DNA from: an uncultured Gammaproteobacteria bacterium
Lineage (GTDB): Bacteria > Patescibacteriota > Patescibacteriia > Veblenbacterales > UBA10138
NCBI GenBank assembly: GCA_964453605.1
Contig: CAYVOI010000001.1
Coordinates: 612,095 to 676,094 of the forward strand
DNA length: 64,000 nucleotides
Direction of reading: 5' to 3'
Notes under the pieces: generated by a model
Told to the model about the DNA's origin: nothing
Databases searched by the model: none
The model's input: the letters and a program-made list of their open reading frames with translations, nothing else
Shown here: positions 54,915 to 64,000 of the stretch, piece after piece
Layout: each line of letters opens with the position of its first letter
Numbering within the stretch: the stretch's first letter is position 1
Program-made: the position numbers and the translations under genes

Positions 54915-55919
54915 CTAAGTTAGATGTGGGTTAATAGCTGCCTGGCGCGCCTCAATATGTTTTACCCAGCCTTGGTGCTCGCGGTACCACTGAACGGTTT
55001 CGGGGATAGCAGTTTCAAACTTGTACTGCGGAGCCCAGCCAAGCTCGTGTGAAATTTTCGAGGCGTCTATGGCATAGCGCCTGTCGTGCCCTGGCCGGTC
55101 GGAAACGAAAGTAATGAGCGACTCTGGTTTCCCCAGCTCGCGCAAAATAATTTTGGCAATGTCGAGGTTGGAGCGTTCGTTGTTGCCGCCGATGTTGTAG
55201 ACCTCCCCTGGCACGCCTTTGTGCAGCATGAGGTCTATGGCGCTACAGTGGTCGCGAACAAAGAGCCAGTCCCGCACGTTCTGCCCATCGCCGTAGAGGG
55301 GCAGGGGTTGGTCTTTGAGCGCGCGAAAAATGAAAAACGGAATCAGCTTTTCCGGGAACTGGTACGGGCCGTAGTTGTTGGAACAGTGCGACACTACCAC
55401 CGGCGTGCCGTAGGTAGCGTGGGCGGCTCGGCAGAGCAAATCGCCCCCGGCTTTGGCTGCAGCATAGGGTGCGTTAGGCTGGAACGGGGTGCTTTCGGTG
55501 AACTGCGTGGGCTGCCCCAGCTCCAGGGAGCCATACACCTCGTCAGTTGAAATCTGCACCATTTTTTTAACCGAGTACTTGCGCACGGCGTCAAGCAAGG
55601 TCTGCACCCCGAGCGTATTGGTGAGCACAAAGTCGCGGGCCCCTAGGTGAATGCTACGGTCCACGTGCGTTTCCGCCGCAAAGTTCACCACACCGTCAAA
55701 GCCCTGCTTAAACAGCTCGTCCACCGCCGCCTGGGCAGCGACATCACCCTGCACAAAGTGGTAGTGCGGGTTAGCCTCAAGGTCCCGCAAGTTCTCCAAG
55801 TTCCCGGCGTAGGTAAGCTTATCAAAATTTGTAACCTCGTAGTCAGGGTGCTCCCCGAGTACGTGGTGAATAAAGTTGGAGCCTATGAACCCAGCTCCGC
55901 CCGTAACCAACAGTTTCAT
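54915..55919 (-). CDS. rmlB: dTDP-glucose 4,6-dehydratase
   Basis: TGGAGFIGSN, DKLTYAG, AAETHVDRSI, STDEVYG, NNYGPYQFPEKLIP, DRPGHDRRY. Confidence 0.98.
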   Translation of the reverse strand: MKLLVTGGAGFIGSNFIHHVLGEHPDYEVTNFDKLTYAGNLENLRDLEANPHYHFVQGDVAAQAAVDELFKQGFDGVVNFAAETHVDRSIHLGARDFVLTNTLGVQTLLDAVRKYSVKKMVQISTDEVYGSLELGQPTQFTESTPFQPNAPYAAAKAGGDLLCRAAHATYGTPVVVSHCSNNYGPYQFPEKLIPFFIFRALKDQPLPLYGDGQNVRDWLFVRDHCSAIDLMLHKGVPGEVYNIGGNNERSNLDIAKIILRELGKPESLITFVSDRPGHDRRYAIDASKISHELGWAPQYKFETAIPETVQWYREHQGWVKHIEARQAAINPHLT

Positions 55920-55922
55920 GCG

Positions 55923-56216
55923 CTAGTCTGCGTTAGCCTGTGATCGGGGGTGCGCGGCCCAGTAGGCTTTGGCCTCCTGCTCCATTTTTTCGTGGCGGGT
56001 GTAGAAGTCAGGAAATTCATTAAGATGCGCCCAAGCAATTTTACCCATGACAAGTTCATCGTCGTTCGTCACATTGGTCCGTGGGTCGTTACTCCCGTGG
56101 TCAGACTCAGCTTCCAGGCCCATACGGAACTCTTCTACGTTCACCTCATCCCAGGGTATGTTTAAGACATTTCCAATGCGTTTAGCATCGGCAGTGGTAA
56201 ACGTTCGGTATGGCAT
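55923..56216 (-). CDS. DUF5661-like small protein
   Basis: EEFRMGL..E..H..TNVTNDD..GKIAWAHLNEFPDFYTR. Confidence 0.8.
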   Translation of the reverse strand: MPYRTFTTADAKRIGNVLNIPWDEVNVEEFRMGLEAESDHGSNDPRTNVTNDDELVMGKIAWAHLNEFPDFYTRHEKMEQEAKAYWAAHPRSQANAD

Positions 56217-56221
56217 AGTGG

Positions 56222-56809
56222 TTAGTACCCTACCCCACCCTGTATGCCACCAGTGGAGCCAGGGTTTCGGGTTGGCATGGTCCCTTGGGGCGCGGCAGCA
56301 CCAGCGCTCATGAACTCAACGCTACTGGGCAGGTTAAACTTCGACTGATCCACCAGCCAGCCGCTGCACTGGTAGTTAATTTTCTTGTCCGCACTTACCC
56401 CGGGCTGGCTGGGCGGCGCCTGGGTAGTGCCCGTGAGCGACATCATAAACCCAGTTGGCATGCCATCCACCCAAACGTAAGCCCGGTTGTCGAGCACAAT
56501 GGTGTGGCTCACCGTGGTGTGCAGCGTATCAGTAGTGGTGGAGTCAGCGCGCAACCTGCCCGTTCCAACGTACACCGTTCCTTGGGTGGTGACGTTGTTG
56601 GTGGTGTCAGAGAAGGTGCACTGCTGTGCCACACCCGCGGCGAGCAACTCTTTCATGGAGTGGCCGGTCTCTCCTGAGGTTTGACCAGTAGTTGTTGGTT
56701 GGTTGGCAGCTGGACTGGGCTGGCTCGGGGCCTTGCCCATGGTGAAGTACAGTACTAAGGCGCCAAGCACAGCTACGCCCGCTATAACCCACGGTAGTGT
56801 TTTGTTCAT
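56222..56809 (-). CDS. Hypothetical membrane-anchored surface protein
   Basis: MNKTLPW anchor; QCTF..G.VY..YQCSGW..F.LP. Confidence 0.75.
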   Translation of the reverse strand: MNKTLPWVIAGVAVLGALVLYFTMGKAPSQPSPAANQPTTTGQTSGETGHSMKELLAAGVAQQCTFSDTTNNVTTQGTVYVGTGRLRADSTTTDTLHTTVSHTIVLDNRAYVWVDGMPTGFMMSLTGTTQAPPSQPGVSADKKINYQCSGWLVDQSKFNLPSSVEFMSAGAAAPQGTMPTRNPGSTGGIQGGVGY

Positions 56810-56866
56810 AGGAGTTACATTAAGGATACTTTGTTAAGTATAGAAGATCCTCGGGCCCAAGGCGAA

Positions 56867-57664
56867 CTAGAGCGCCAGCCAGAGTAGAACGAGGAGGCCT
56901 AAGGCTATGCGATAGTACCCAAACGGTGTGAAGCTACGGTGTTGAATGTAGCCCATAAACTTTCGCACCACGGCAAGCGCGGTAAAGAACGTCACCGCAA
57001 ACCCCAGCACCAGGAACGCTGCCTCACTACCAGTCATAGTTAACCCGTGCTTGAGGATGCTGTAAGCCGAGGCAGCGGCTATAGTCGGGACTGCCAGGTA
57101 GAACGAAAACTCAACCGCCACAGGCCGCGAGGCACCTAAGAGCATAGCTCCAACTATAGTTGCTGCCGAGCGAGATGTGCCGGGAATAAGTGCCAAGCAC
57201 TGCACCAAACCAATACAGAACGCCGTACCCAGGCTAACGTCAGCTACCGTACCAACCGTAGCTCGTGGCCGCCTGCGCTCTACCAGCACCAGCACCACAC
57301 CGCCGAGGAAGAGCGCTGCGCCCACCACCAGCGGGTTGAACAGCTTGGCCTCAACCTTAGTGCCAAACAGTGCACCGAACACAATAGCAGGCAGCACCCC
57401 GACCAACGTTTTCCCCCACAGGCTAAAGGTAGATCGCCGGTGCGCCTCCCCCTGGCCAAACGGCCACAACTTACCCCAGAAGTACACAACCACAGCCAGC
57501 ACCGCCCCGAGCTGTATCACCACGTCAAAGAGCTTGGTGAACTGGGGCGAAAATGAGAACCACTGGTTTACGAGTATGAGGTGTCCGGTCGAGGAAATGG
57601 GCAAGAACTCGGTCACCCCCTCCGCCAGACCTAAGATGACTGAGGTAACAAGCTGGTGGAGCAT
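56867..57664 (-). CDS. uppP: Undecaprenyl-diphosphate phosphatase
   Basis: EGVTEFLPISSTGH, IQLGA, PGTSRS, FGYYR. Confidence 0.97.
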   Translation of the reverse strand: MLHQLVTSVILGLAEGVTEFLPISSTGHLILVNQWFSFSPQFTKLFDVVIQLGAVLAVVVYFWGKLWPFGQGEAHRRSTFSLWGKTLVGVLPAIVFGALFGTKVEAKLFNPLVVGAALFLGGVVLVLVERRRPRATVGTVADVSLGTAFCIGLVQCLALIPGTSRSAATIVGAMLLGASRPVAVEFSFYLAVPTIAAASAYSILKHGLTMTGSEAAFLVLGFAVTFFTALAVVRKFMGYIQHRSFTPFGYYRIALGLLVLLWLAL

Positions 57665-57723
57665 ACGCTACGTTGACAGGAGTAGGTTTACAAATCTACC
57701 ACGCCTTACCTAAGACCGTACAG

Positions 57724-58173
57724 CTAATTGGGCGGCAGCTGGGTAAGCTTGCCACCCGTCACCACGAAGTGCGAGCTCACCCCCACACTTGGGCTTGTGG
57801 TCATAGGCTCGGCTGCCCTACGGTCGGCGTAGTTCACGGTGATAACACCTCCGGAAATTGCCGTGGTCTGTGGGGCTATGCGGTCCCCTAAGAAAACGCT
57901 GTTAGTAACTTGGTACCCTCCGGATGTTTTGAGGGCGGCGGCCACGTAGAAAAAGGTGCCACTACCGCCGCCATCTTCAGTCACCAAAAACGCGGCATCG
58001 GGCACGCCATCACCATTCAAATCCCCTTCGGCCTCGTTTCCAAAGTAATGTAGGACAGTTTTATCTACCACCTGCGGCGGCTTTACTACCAAAGTACCCT
58101 GCAGACCCATGAGCAGGGCGGCTATGACTATGCCCCAAAATGCCATGGTGACGGCAAAAATGAAGAGCTTCAT
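57724..58173 (-). CDS. Hypothetical membrane-anchored protein with DLNGDG (FG-GAP-like) loop
   Basis: GDLNGDGVPDA, GGSGTFFY, LGDRI. Confidence 0.7.
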   Translation of the reverse strand: MKLFIFAVTMAFWGIVIAALLMGLQGTLVVKPPQVVDKTVLHYFGNEAEGDLNGDGVPDAAFLVTEDGGGSGTFFYVAAALKTSGGYQVTNSVFLGDRIAPQTTAISGGVITVNYADRRAAEPMTTSPSVGVSSHFVVTGGKLTQLPPN

Positions 58174-58194
58174 GGCTAAGAACAGTTAGGAGAA

Positions 58195-58506
58195 CTAGAC
58201 CCGAATGTCTATAGAACAGTCTACCATATCCCCCGCCGCTATACCCTCCACTTTCCGCACCTTAGCTTTAAGCGGCAAGAGGTAAGCTTTAGTTTTGTTG
58301 TCAGGGAAAATGGAGGTGTCCCAGGTCGTTTTACCAATCTGCACCCTGACCGGCAGCGACCCCCAGCCGTGGGCTACGCCACCAAACAACGTTTTGATTT
58401 GCCGCGACTGTTTAAGCGGTACGGAAATAAAATGCCACCCCGCCATACCTGGGTACAGCCACACCTTGGCGCGAAACTTGTACGTGGTAGCGCTGGTTGG
58501 TGACAT
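58195..58506 (-). CDS. DUF1905 family protein
   Basis: WHFISVP, GWGSLPV, WDTSIFP, YLLPLKA.VR. Confidence 0.85.
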   Translation of the reverse strand: MSPTSATTYKFRAKVWLYPGMAGWHFISVPLKQSRQIKTLFGGVAHGWGSLPVRVQIGKTTWDTSIFPDNKTKAYLLPLKAKVRKVEGIAAGDMVDCSIDIRV

Positions 58507-58592
58507 AGCGTTATGGTGGTTATTCTACCATTCGCGCGAATAAGGGATAGGCTAAGGGGACCAACGATCGCGGCAAACCGGGCCTTGCCTTT

Positions 58593-58697
58593 ATTCCAAT
58601 GTTCTTAGGAACATTGGAATTGTTAACTGGGGCTGGTGCATACCCTATATATTAACAATTGATAACCATACTGTCACTAGTTAACAATTGTTAACTA
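58593..58697. repeat. Cluster of AT-rich palindromes
   Basis: 12-bp IR 58593-58620; 20-bp palindrome 58678-58697; partial copies 58618-58628 and 58652-58666. Confidence 0.8.
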
Positions 58698-58793
58698 TCA
58701 TAGTGAAGCTGTTGATACTCACTCTGCCGTCGCTAGGCTTACGTCCCTACCTGCCAGCCGCTTAAGTACTTCAGTCGCGTGAGCTGGAAATAC

Positions 58794-59207
58794 CTAGCCC
58801 TTCACCGCGGCGCGGATGCGCTTCGCTGTCTCATCCATCTCGTTACCTTGGTAATCCTTAGCAGCCCAGAGCTGTAAACCGTCCTTAGGTTTCCGGGGGA
58901 TGAGGTGAACGTGCGTGTGGAAGATAACCTGGCCAGCGGCTGGGCCGCTGTTGAGCCCCAGGTTAAAGCCGGCTGCTCCGGTGGCCTGCATAACTGCCGG
59001 GGCGAGCTTTTGCACCAGCTGGTAAAGCTTACCTACCACCTCGGGCGGGGTCAGCTCAAACCGATCGTAGTGAGCTTTAGGAATGACGAGCGTGTGGCCC
59101 GGGTTTACCGGCTGGATGTCGAGGAACGCTACAAAGTCCTGGTCCTCGTAGACCTTGACAGCTGGAATGTGGTTCTCAACTATCTTACAGAAAATGCAGT
59201 CGGGCAT
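58794..59207 (-). CDS. HIT family nucleotide hydrolase
   Basis: DCIFCKI, GHTLVIPK, HTHVHLIPR. Confidence 0.95.
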   Translation of the reverse strand: MPDCIFCKIVENHIPAVKVYEDQDFVAFLDIQPVNPGHTLVIPKAHYDRFELTPPEVVGKLYQLVQKLAPAVMQATGAAGFNLGLNSGPAAGQVIFHTHVHLIPRKPKDGLQLWAAKDYQGNEMDETAKRIRAAVKG

Positions 59208-59211
59208 AGTG

Positions 59212-59577
59212 CTAGGTTATGGCGCTGGTGCTGCGGGCTACCGCCAGCACACCAACAAGCACGACGAACGGCGCCCACCAGCGCCAGGGGGTAAAGACTG
59301 AAAGCGCCACGGCAGTTGCTACCACTAGTATAGCAAAGGTGAGGCCAGGGGCATACGGCGGCTTACCGGGCTGCGCTGGCCGCTCGGCTACCGTCCAGGC
59401 GGCCAGGAACGATGCCAAGAGGAAGTTGAGGTTTAGGTACCAGACAGCGGCTCCTGGCCGCCAGAGCTCAAGTGTCATGAGGCAGAGCCAACTGAAGCCT
59501 AAGCCCACTGCCAGGTGAGCTAGCAGTTGGCGAACGTTTTTGACGTAGTGGTGCTCGAGCAATGTAATGAGCTTCAT
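59212..59577 (-). CDS. Hypothetical membrane protein
   Basis: 4 hydrophobic segments; 4-bp overlap with upstream gene. Confidence 0.7.
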   Translation of the reverse strand: MKLITLLEHHYVKNVRQLLAHLAVGLGFSWLCLMTLELWRPGAAVWYLNLNFLLASFLAAWTVAERPAQPGKPPYAPGLTFAILVVATAVALSVFTPWRWWAPFVVLVGVLAVARSTSAIT

Positions 59578-60083
59578 AGACCGCCAAAGCTAAATGGTGC
59601 TCGCTGCACTTTAACACTAGCCCCGGTTACCACCACACTACCCGGCTCCCACGGCGAGGCTGACAGCACCAGACGCACCGTGTGCCGCGGCAGGAGGTAC
59701 GGGAAGTCGGTCATCGTGAGGTGGTAGGTGTGTGTATCGGCGGTGCTGGATTCCTGGAGTGGCGGGAAAACGAGCTTAAAGTCCTGGCTCTGCTGCACTG
59801 CCAGCCTGAGCGGGTTTGACCTCGACGTTGTCTGCAGGTCGAGCGTGAGCGCAACCGCACGCGGCGGCAGGTGGATATCCACGTAAACCGGCTGCTCAAG
59901 AAGGGCTATGCCCTGCGGCTGCCGCGCTACCCGCGAAGCTGGCTGAAGCACGTTAAAGTAGGGCGTCTCTCGGGTAAAGTCCGTGCTGCTAACCAGCTCA
60001 GCCGTACTAAAGAACACCTGCCATAGGGCAAGGCCTACCACACACAGGGGAATAAACCAGCGCAGGTGCCAGAAGTACTTCAT
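59574..60083 (-). CDS. Hypothetical membrane-anchored protein
   Basis: N-terminal TM; 4-bp overlaps with both neighbours. Confidence 0.7.
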   Translation of the reverse strand: MKYFWHLRWFIPLCVVGLALWQVFFSTAELVSSTDFTRETPYFNVLQPASRVARQPQGIALLEQPVYVDIHLPPRAVALTLDLQTTSRSNPLRLAVQQSQDFKLVFPPLQESSTADTHTYHLTMTDFPYLLPRHTVRLVLSASPWEPGSVVVTGASVKVQRAPFSFGGL

Positions 60084-61681
60084 GGGGAGCTTAAGCTAAA
60101 GCGGTACAGGCTGTGGTCAGCAAAACCGTAGGCGACCGGCGTAAGGCGCACGTGGTAGGGCGCGAGCTGTGTCTGGTTCACAGTGGCAAGATCCTGGGGG
60201 CGCCAGGTAGGGTGAAAACTGTAGACCGGCATACTGCGGTGGAGAAGTTCGGCCACGGTAGGGAGTGCCACCTCGCGCGGGGTAGCTTGCATAACACTGC
60301 GCTCTGGCCAGAAAAACTTATCGGTGAGCTCAGTCACAATAACACTGGAGGGTTCAGTAAGCTGCTGCACCGCTTGGCTCGTGGCCTCAAAGCGAATAAT
60401 GTTGCGGCGCACTTGGAGCAACCCTTCCGTGCTGTTCCCTAAAACAAGCTGGGCAGATACCAGAGCGTAAGCCAGAACTACCACCGGCACCAGCGTTCGC
60501 CACCAGTGCTGCCGAAGCAGGCGCTCGAGCCAAAGCGCTCCCGGCACCAAGAGGAGCGCCGCTACAGGGAGCCAGTAGCGCATGTACGAGGTACCGAGCG
60601 TAACAGCCGCGGGGTCAGGGTTATCGTGAAACCGCCAACTACCATAGAGTACTAAGAGCCAGCCCACGCTGACAGCAGAACCAAGGAGCCAGCCGCGCTG
60701 CTCACGGGTGAACTTTGGCCACCACCTGACCGCCGAGACCACACCGAGTGTGGCGAGCACTGCCCACCACCAGGTGAGTCCACCTAGGTAACGGCTGACT
60801 GTGGACCATATAGCTCTAGGGTGAAAACCGAACGGCAGCACCAGCTGTGCCCAGAGTGACCCCGAGGGCCCCACTTGCCCCAAGGGTAGCGCGAGGTCAG
60901 CTTGGTAGCCAACTGAAAACGGCTGACCGTAGATGTAGTAGTTAGTTATGAACACCGGAGTAAACGCTAAGAACGCCCCAAGCACAAACGTGGCGAGCTT
61001 TCGCCAGGAAACTTTGTAACCAGCGCTCGCCACCCACACCACCATAGCGGCGCTCATCCAAAATGCTTCCGAGCTCCTGAACGCTACCGCCAAGCCCCAG
61101 GCCAGACCGCCGAGGAGGTAGTACGGCGTGCGGCCAGATTTTAGAGCTCTAAGCACCAGCCACCATGAGGCCAGGAGCATGTCAAAAAACAATGCGTTGT
61201 GGTAAAAACTTCGTGCGTGGTAGTACCAGTACGACGGCGTGAACGCCAAAAGCAGCAGCGCTAGGGCTGCCGCCCGCCGGCCAAAGAGCTCCCTGAGCAC
61301 TAGGTAGAAACAGGTGAGGCCCAAAGCTGCCCCGAGCGGGGTAACATAGGGCAGCGTGCTGGCGCCAAACACTCTACCGACCAAACCCGCTATGAGCGGC
61401 AGACCTAAAAAGCTCGAGGGTATCAACGCGTTACCTACCACTGTGGTGCTCCTCGGGTGTACCAGGTTTTGTATTCCTGAAAAGGCAACTGGTTGCGGTG
61501 CAGCAAGTGGCACGCCTTGGGTAACCCGAGATGCAAAGTAAGCGTTGGCAGCCTCGTCGGGCGAGTTAAAGCGGGCTGGCAAACCCCACGTAAAACTACT
61601 GTAGAGCAGGGCGGCCGCCAACGACACCCCCATGACGCTCATGAACTCCAGCTGCTTTCCGCCCCAGGCGTGAACACGCAT
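60080..61681 (-). CDS. GT-C fold glycosyltransferase (PMT/ArnT-like)
   Basis: SPDE acidic motif after TM1, many TMs, RYWLP. Confidence 0.7.
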   Translation of the reverse strand: MRVHAWGGKQLEFMSVMGVSLAAALLYSSFTWGLPARFNSPDEAANAYFASRVTQGVPLAAPQPVAFSGIQNLVHPRSTTVVGNALIPSSFLGLPLIAGLVGRVFGASTLPYVTPLGAALGLTCFYLVLRELFGRRAAALALLLLAFTPSYWYYHARSFYHNALFFDMLLASWWLVLRALKSGRTPYYLLGGLAWGLAVAFRSSEAFWMSAAMVVWVASAGYKVSWRKLATFVLGAFLAFTPVFITNYYIYGQPFSVGYQADLALPLGQVGPSGSLWAQLVLPFGFHPRAIWSTVSRYLGGLTWWWAVLATLGVVSAVRWWPKFTREQRGWLLGSAVSVGWLLVLYGSWRFHDNPDPAAVTLGTSYMRYWLPVAALLLVPGALWLERLLRQHWWRTLVPVVVLAYALVSAQLVLGNSTEGLLQVRRNIIRFEATSQAVQQLTEPSSVIVTELTDKFFWPERSVMQATPREVALPTVAELLHRSMPVYSFHPTWRPQDLATVNQTQLAPYHVRLTPVAYGFADHSLYRFSLSSP

Positions 61682-61743
61682 ATGCTATAGTATAGCAAGG
61701 ATTGCTGAAGTGGGCTGCACAAAAACAAACCCGCCGGACATAC

Positions 61744-62241
61744 TCACGGCGGGCCGTAGGTGAACCCTGGTACCGGGGCAAAAATGTAGCCCTGGATTTG
61801 TTTGGTTTTGACATCGGCAAACTGGCACTGGCCACGAATTTTTTTACCCCCTAGTACAGGGGGTAACCAGTAGCGATCAGCCGGCCACATGCTGTTATAC
61901 GGTACCTCAGTAAAGCCAAACCAATGAGCCTGCACTATGTCTGAGCTATCAGCCGGAGTGCCCTGCCAGTGCCGGAGGATGAACGTATGCACCTGCTGAC
62001 TCCACCTGGGGTTACCGGTAAAAGCATAATCAATGACTGCGACACGTTCCAGGTCCCCGAGCTGGGCCACTACACCACTCTCTTGGGTGAGCACGCGGAG
62101 CGCCGACGCTTCGATGGTTACGCCAAGTTCGGCTTTACCGCCGTAACCGTTCCAGATGCCACAGCCAAAGGTTGATTTCATGTGCCGTACTAGGAGCACG
62201 TTGGTTCCTCGGACCAAAAAACATAAGGTCGTGGCGTACAC
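61744..62241 (-). CDS. MTH1/MutT-like NUDIX protein with degenerate Nudix box
   Basis: TLCFL, WNGYGGK, PYNSMWPADRYWLP; GTG start after AAGGAGG. Confidence 0.75.
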   Translation of the reverse strand: MYATTLCFLVRGTNVLLVRHMKSTFGCGIWNGYGGKAELGVTIEASALRVLTQESGVVAQLGDLERVAVIDYAFTGNPRWSQQVHTFILRHWQGTPADSSDIVQAHWFGFTEVPYNSMWPADRYWLPPVLGGKKIRGQCQFADVKTKQIQGYIFAPVPGFTYGPP

Positions 62242-62281
62242 CGTACCTCCTTGTGTTGTTGTACATGTACAATGTGCCCAC

Positions 62282-62310
62282 AGCTTACCGCCACAGCGTG
62301 TAGCTGTCAA
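62282..62310 (-). promoter_or_regulatory. Sigma70 promoter of NUDIX-like gene
   Basis: TTGACA-17-TAAGCT. Confidence 0.65.
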
Positions 62311-62347
62311 CAGTGCTCGTGGTCACGAGGTGCTACAATAGTGGTAT

Positions 62348-64000
62348 ATGCCCCTCCCAGCTCTGGCTACCCTCGCCGTACTGCTCATTGGCCTAAACCA
62401 AAGCGGCTGGCAATCTGACGTTTTAGGCACAGCGCTTGGGATTTTTTATCTTGCAGTCACAGGATACCTGGTGGGTGGGCGCCTGGCGCCCAAAGCAGGC
62501 AACGTCGCACAGCGCATAGCTTGGGGCGTGATAGCAACACTTGCCACCATTGGTGTGCTTGGTACAGCCATGTTCTACCTGCACAGCTTTACGGGGCTCG
62601 CTGGCCTGGTGCTGCTCGCCGTACTGCCGTGGTTTGGCCGGACCGCACCCGACCAGCCTGAACACAAAACACTAACGGCCACCAGAGCACATAAACGGCG
62701 ACAGGGTGTAGTGGTTGCTACGTACCTGGCGCTCGTAGCCTCGACCTGGTACCTAGTTTCAACTGGCGCCACCGTGGAGGCTATCCGCACACCCTGGGAA
62801 TCGGTGCCCCCGCTGGCCGTACTCTGCTATGGCCTAACTGCAGCGAGCGCCCTGGCGGTGAGCTTCTACCTCCGTAACCCACTGTGGCTTGCTCCCTTCT
62901 ATCTCCTCTCTTTGGGGCTGCTGCCGCTCGTGTACCCTTTAGGCTTTGGCTTTGACCCCTTCATCCATCAAGCCTCAGAAAAACTTTTGACCCTGAGCGG
63001 CACTATTACCCCCAAGCCGCTGTACTACCTCGGGCAGTACACTATCGTCACCACGCTGTCGCAAGTTTTACACCTGCCTATAGCAGTCGTTGATACCTGG
63101 GTTTTGCCACTACTCGCTAGCCTGAGCCTGCCCTTGGGGCTTGAGCTGTTGACTTCTGCTTGGCGGTTAGAGAAACCTTGGCGTAACTGGTTGTTACTGC
63201 TGCCACTCGCCTTTGCCTTGAGCAGCTTTACCTACACCACGCCACAAGGCCTCAGCAACCTGTGGGCGCTACTAACGCTGATACTCTTAGCCGCACGTCT
63301 CTCAGGCGCAAACGTGCCACGGCTCCTGCTCTGGCTGCTGGCTGGTGCCACTGCAGCTACCCACCCGCTCACTGGGCTCCCCACCTTAGGCGTGCTAGCG
63401 TTGGCCTGGGCTGTGTTCGAAATACCAGCTGGAACTCCATGGCGCACCAAAGCCATACTGGGCGCGGCGGCAACCACGGCGCTCATAGTACCAGCTTCGT
63501 TTTTAATTTTTGGCTGGCTGAAGCCCGGACCCGCCAGCCTGAAATTAAACTATGACATGCTTGGAAGCTTGAGAGGTTTAGGCGAGGCTATTGCCTCCCA
63601 CCTGCCGTTCCTACCTCAGTTCGTAAACCTGCCAGACGTAGTCTACCTATGGGGCAGGCCACTGACGCTGACCTTTCTGCTCTTGGCGGCCTCAGGGTAC
63701 TACTCAGCGCGGCGGGACGTGCCTAAGCTACAGCTGTTTGGTTACGCTGGGGCGCTGCTGGCGGCCGGGTACCTGGTTTTAAAACTTGCGGCGCAGTTCC
63801 CAGGGCTGCCGGCCTATGAACAAGATTTCTACACCGTGAGGCTGTGGGATCTAGCCCTTATGAGCCTGTGGCCGCTCGCCTTGATCGGCGGCTACCAAGT
63901 TATGCGCTGGCTGTGGCAAAAACTCAGCATTCCATTGTCGTTCGTGGTGGCAGGCGCGCTCGTGCTCACCGCCAGCTTCTACCTCACCTACCCGCGGGTA
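62348..64000 (+). CDS. Large polytopic membrane protein (GT-C-like), runs off window; absent from ORF track
   Basis: Manual translation MPLPALATLAVLLIG...YPLGFGFDPFIHQASE...PKPLYYLGQY; TGCTACAAT 8 nt upstream. Confidence 0.8.
   Translation, partial: MPLPALATLAVLLIGLNQSGWQSDVLGTALGIFYLAVTGYLVGGRLAPKAGNVAQRIAWGVIATLATIGVLGTAMFYLHSFTGLAGLVLLAVLPWFGRTAPDQPEHKTLTATRAHKRRQGVVVATYLALVASTWYLVSTGATVEAIRTPWESVPPLAVLCYGLTAASALAVSFYLRNPLWLAPFYLLSLGLLPLVYPLGFGFDPFIHQASEKLLTLSGTITPKPLYYLGQYTIVTTLSQVLHLPIAVVDTWVLPLLASLSLPLGLELLTSAWRLEKPWRNWLLLLPLAFALSSFTYTTPQGLSNLWALLTLILLAARLSGANVPRLLLWLLAGATAATHPLTGLPTLGVLALAWAVFEIPAGTPWRTKAILGAAATTALIVPASFLIFGWLKPGPASLKLNYDMLGSLRGLGEAIASHLPFLPQFVNLPDVVYLWGRPLTLTFLLLAASGYYSARRDVPKLQLFGYAGALLAAGYLVLKLAAQFPGLPAYEQDFYTVRLWDLALMSLWPLALIGGYQVMRWLWQKLSIPLSFVVAGALVLTASFYLTYPRV

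Overview
Chromosomal segment of a small-genome bacterium. Patescibacteria/CPR, probably Parcubacteria-type, is my inference from the gene mix: a type IV pilus cluster without a secretin, L9 present, mostly SD-less short-leader genes and many orphan membrane proteins. Housekeeping blocks are secF(partial)-secD, secA, hpf, murB, the mraY-murD-ftsW-murG-murC operon, pilB-pilC-minor pilins-pilMNOP, rpmA, murA-ctpA-rplI-pyrG, an rml-type dTDP-sugar operon and uppP. The most unusual signals lie outside the ORF track. (1) Two tandem, separately promoted and terminated hairpin-rich ncRNA candidates at 38086-38790, with complementary loops. (2) A ~235-nt ncRNA candidate at 7368-7602 whose apical loop can pair with the Shine-Dalgarno of the divergent neighbour. 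That neighbour is a peptidase + beta-propeller + Omp85-like barrel protein, unexpected in a monoderm. (3) A structured leader plus a 40-aa hydrophobic peptide at 22340-22666, resembling a type I toxin. (4) A MITE-like element inserted at the pilC start codon. Also present are a circularly permuted parvulin inside SecD, a 1355-aa shuffled-repeat protein inside the rml operon, a duplicated rpmA 3' end, and several degenerate enzyme homologues carrying consensus promoters and SD sites. All family calls are by motif recognition by eye; no database search or folding calculation was run.
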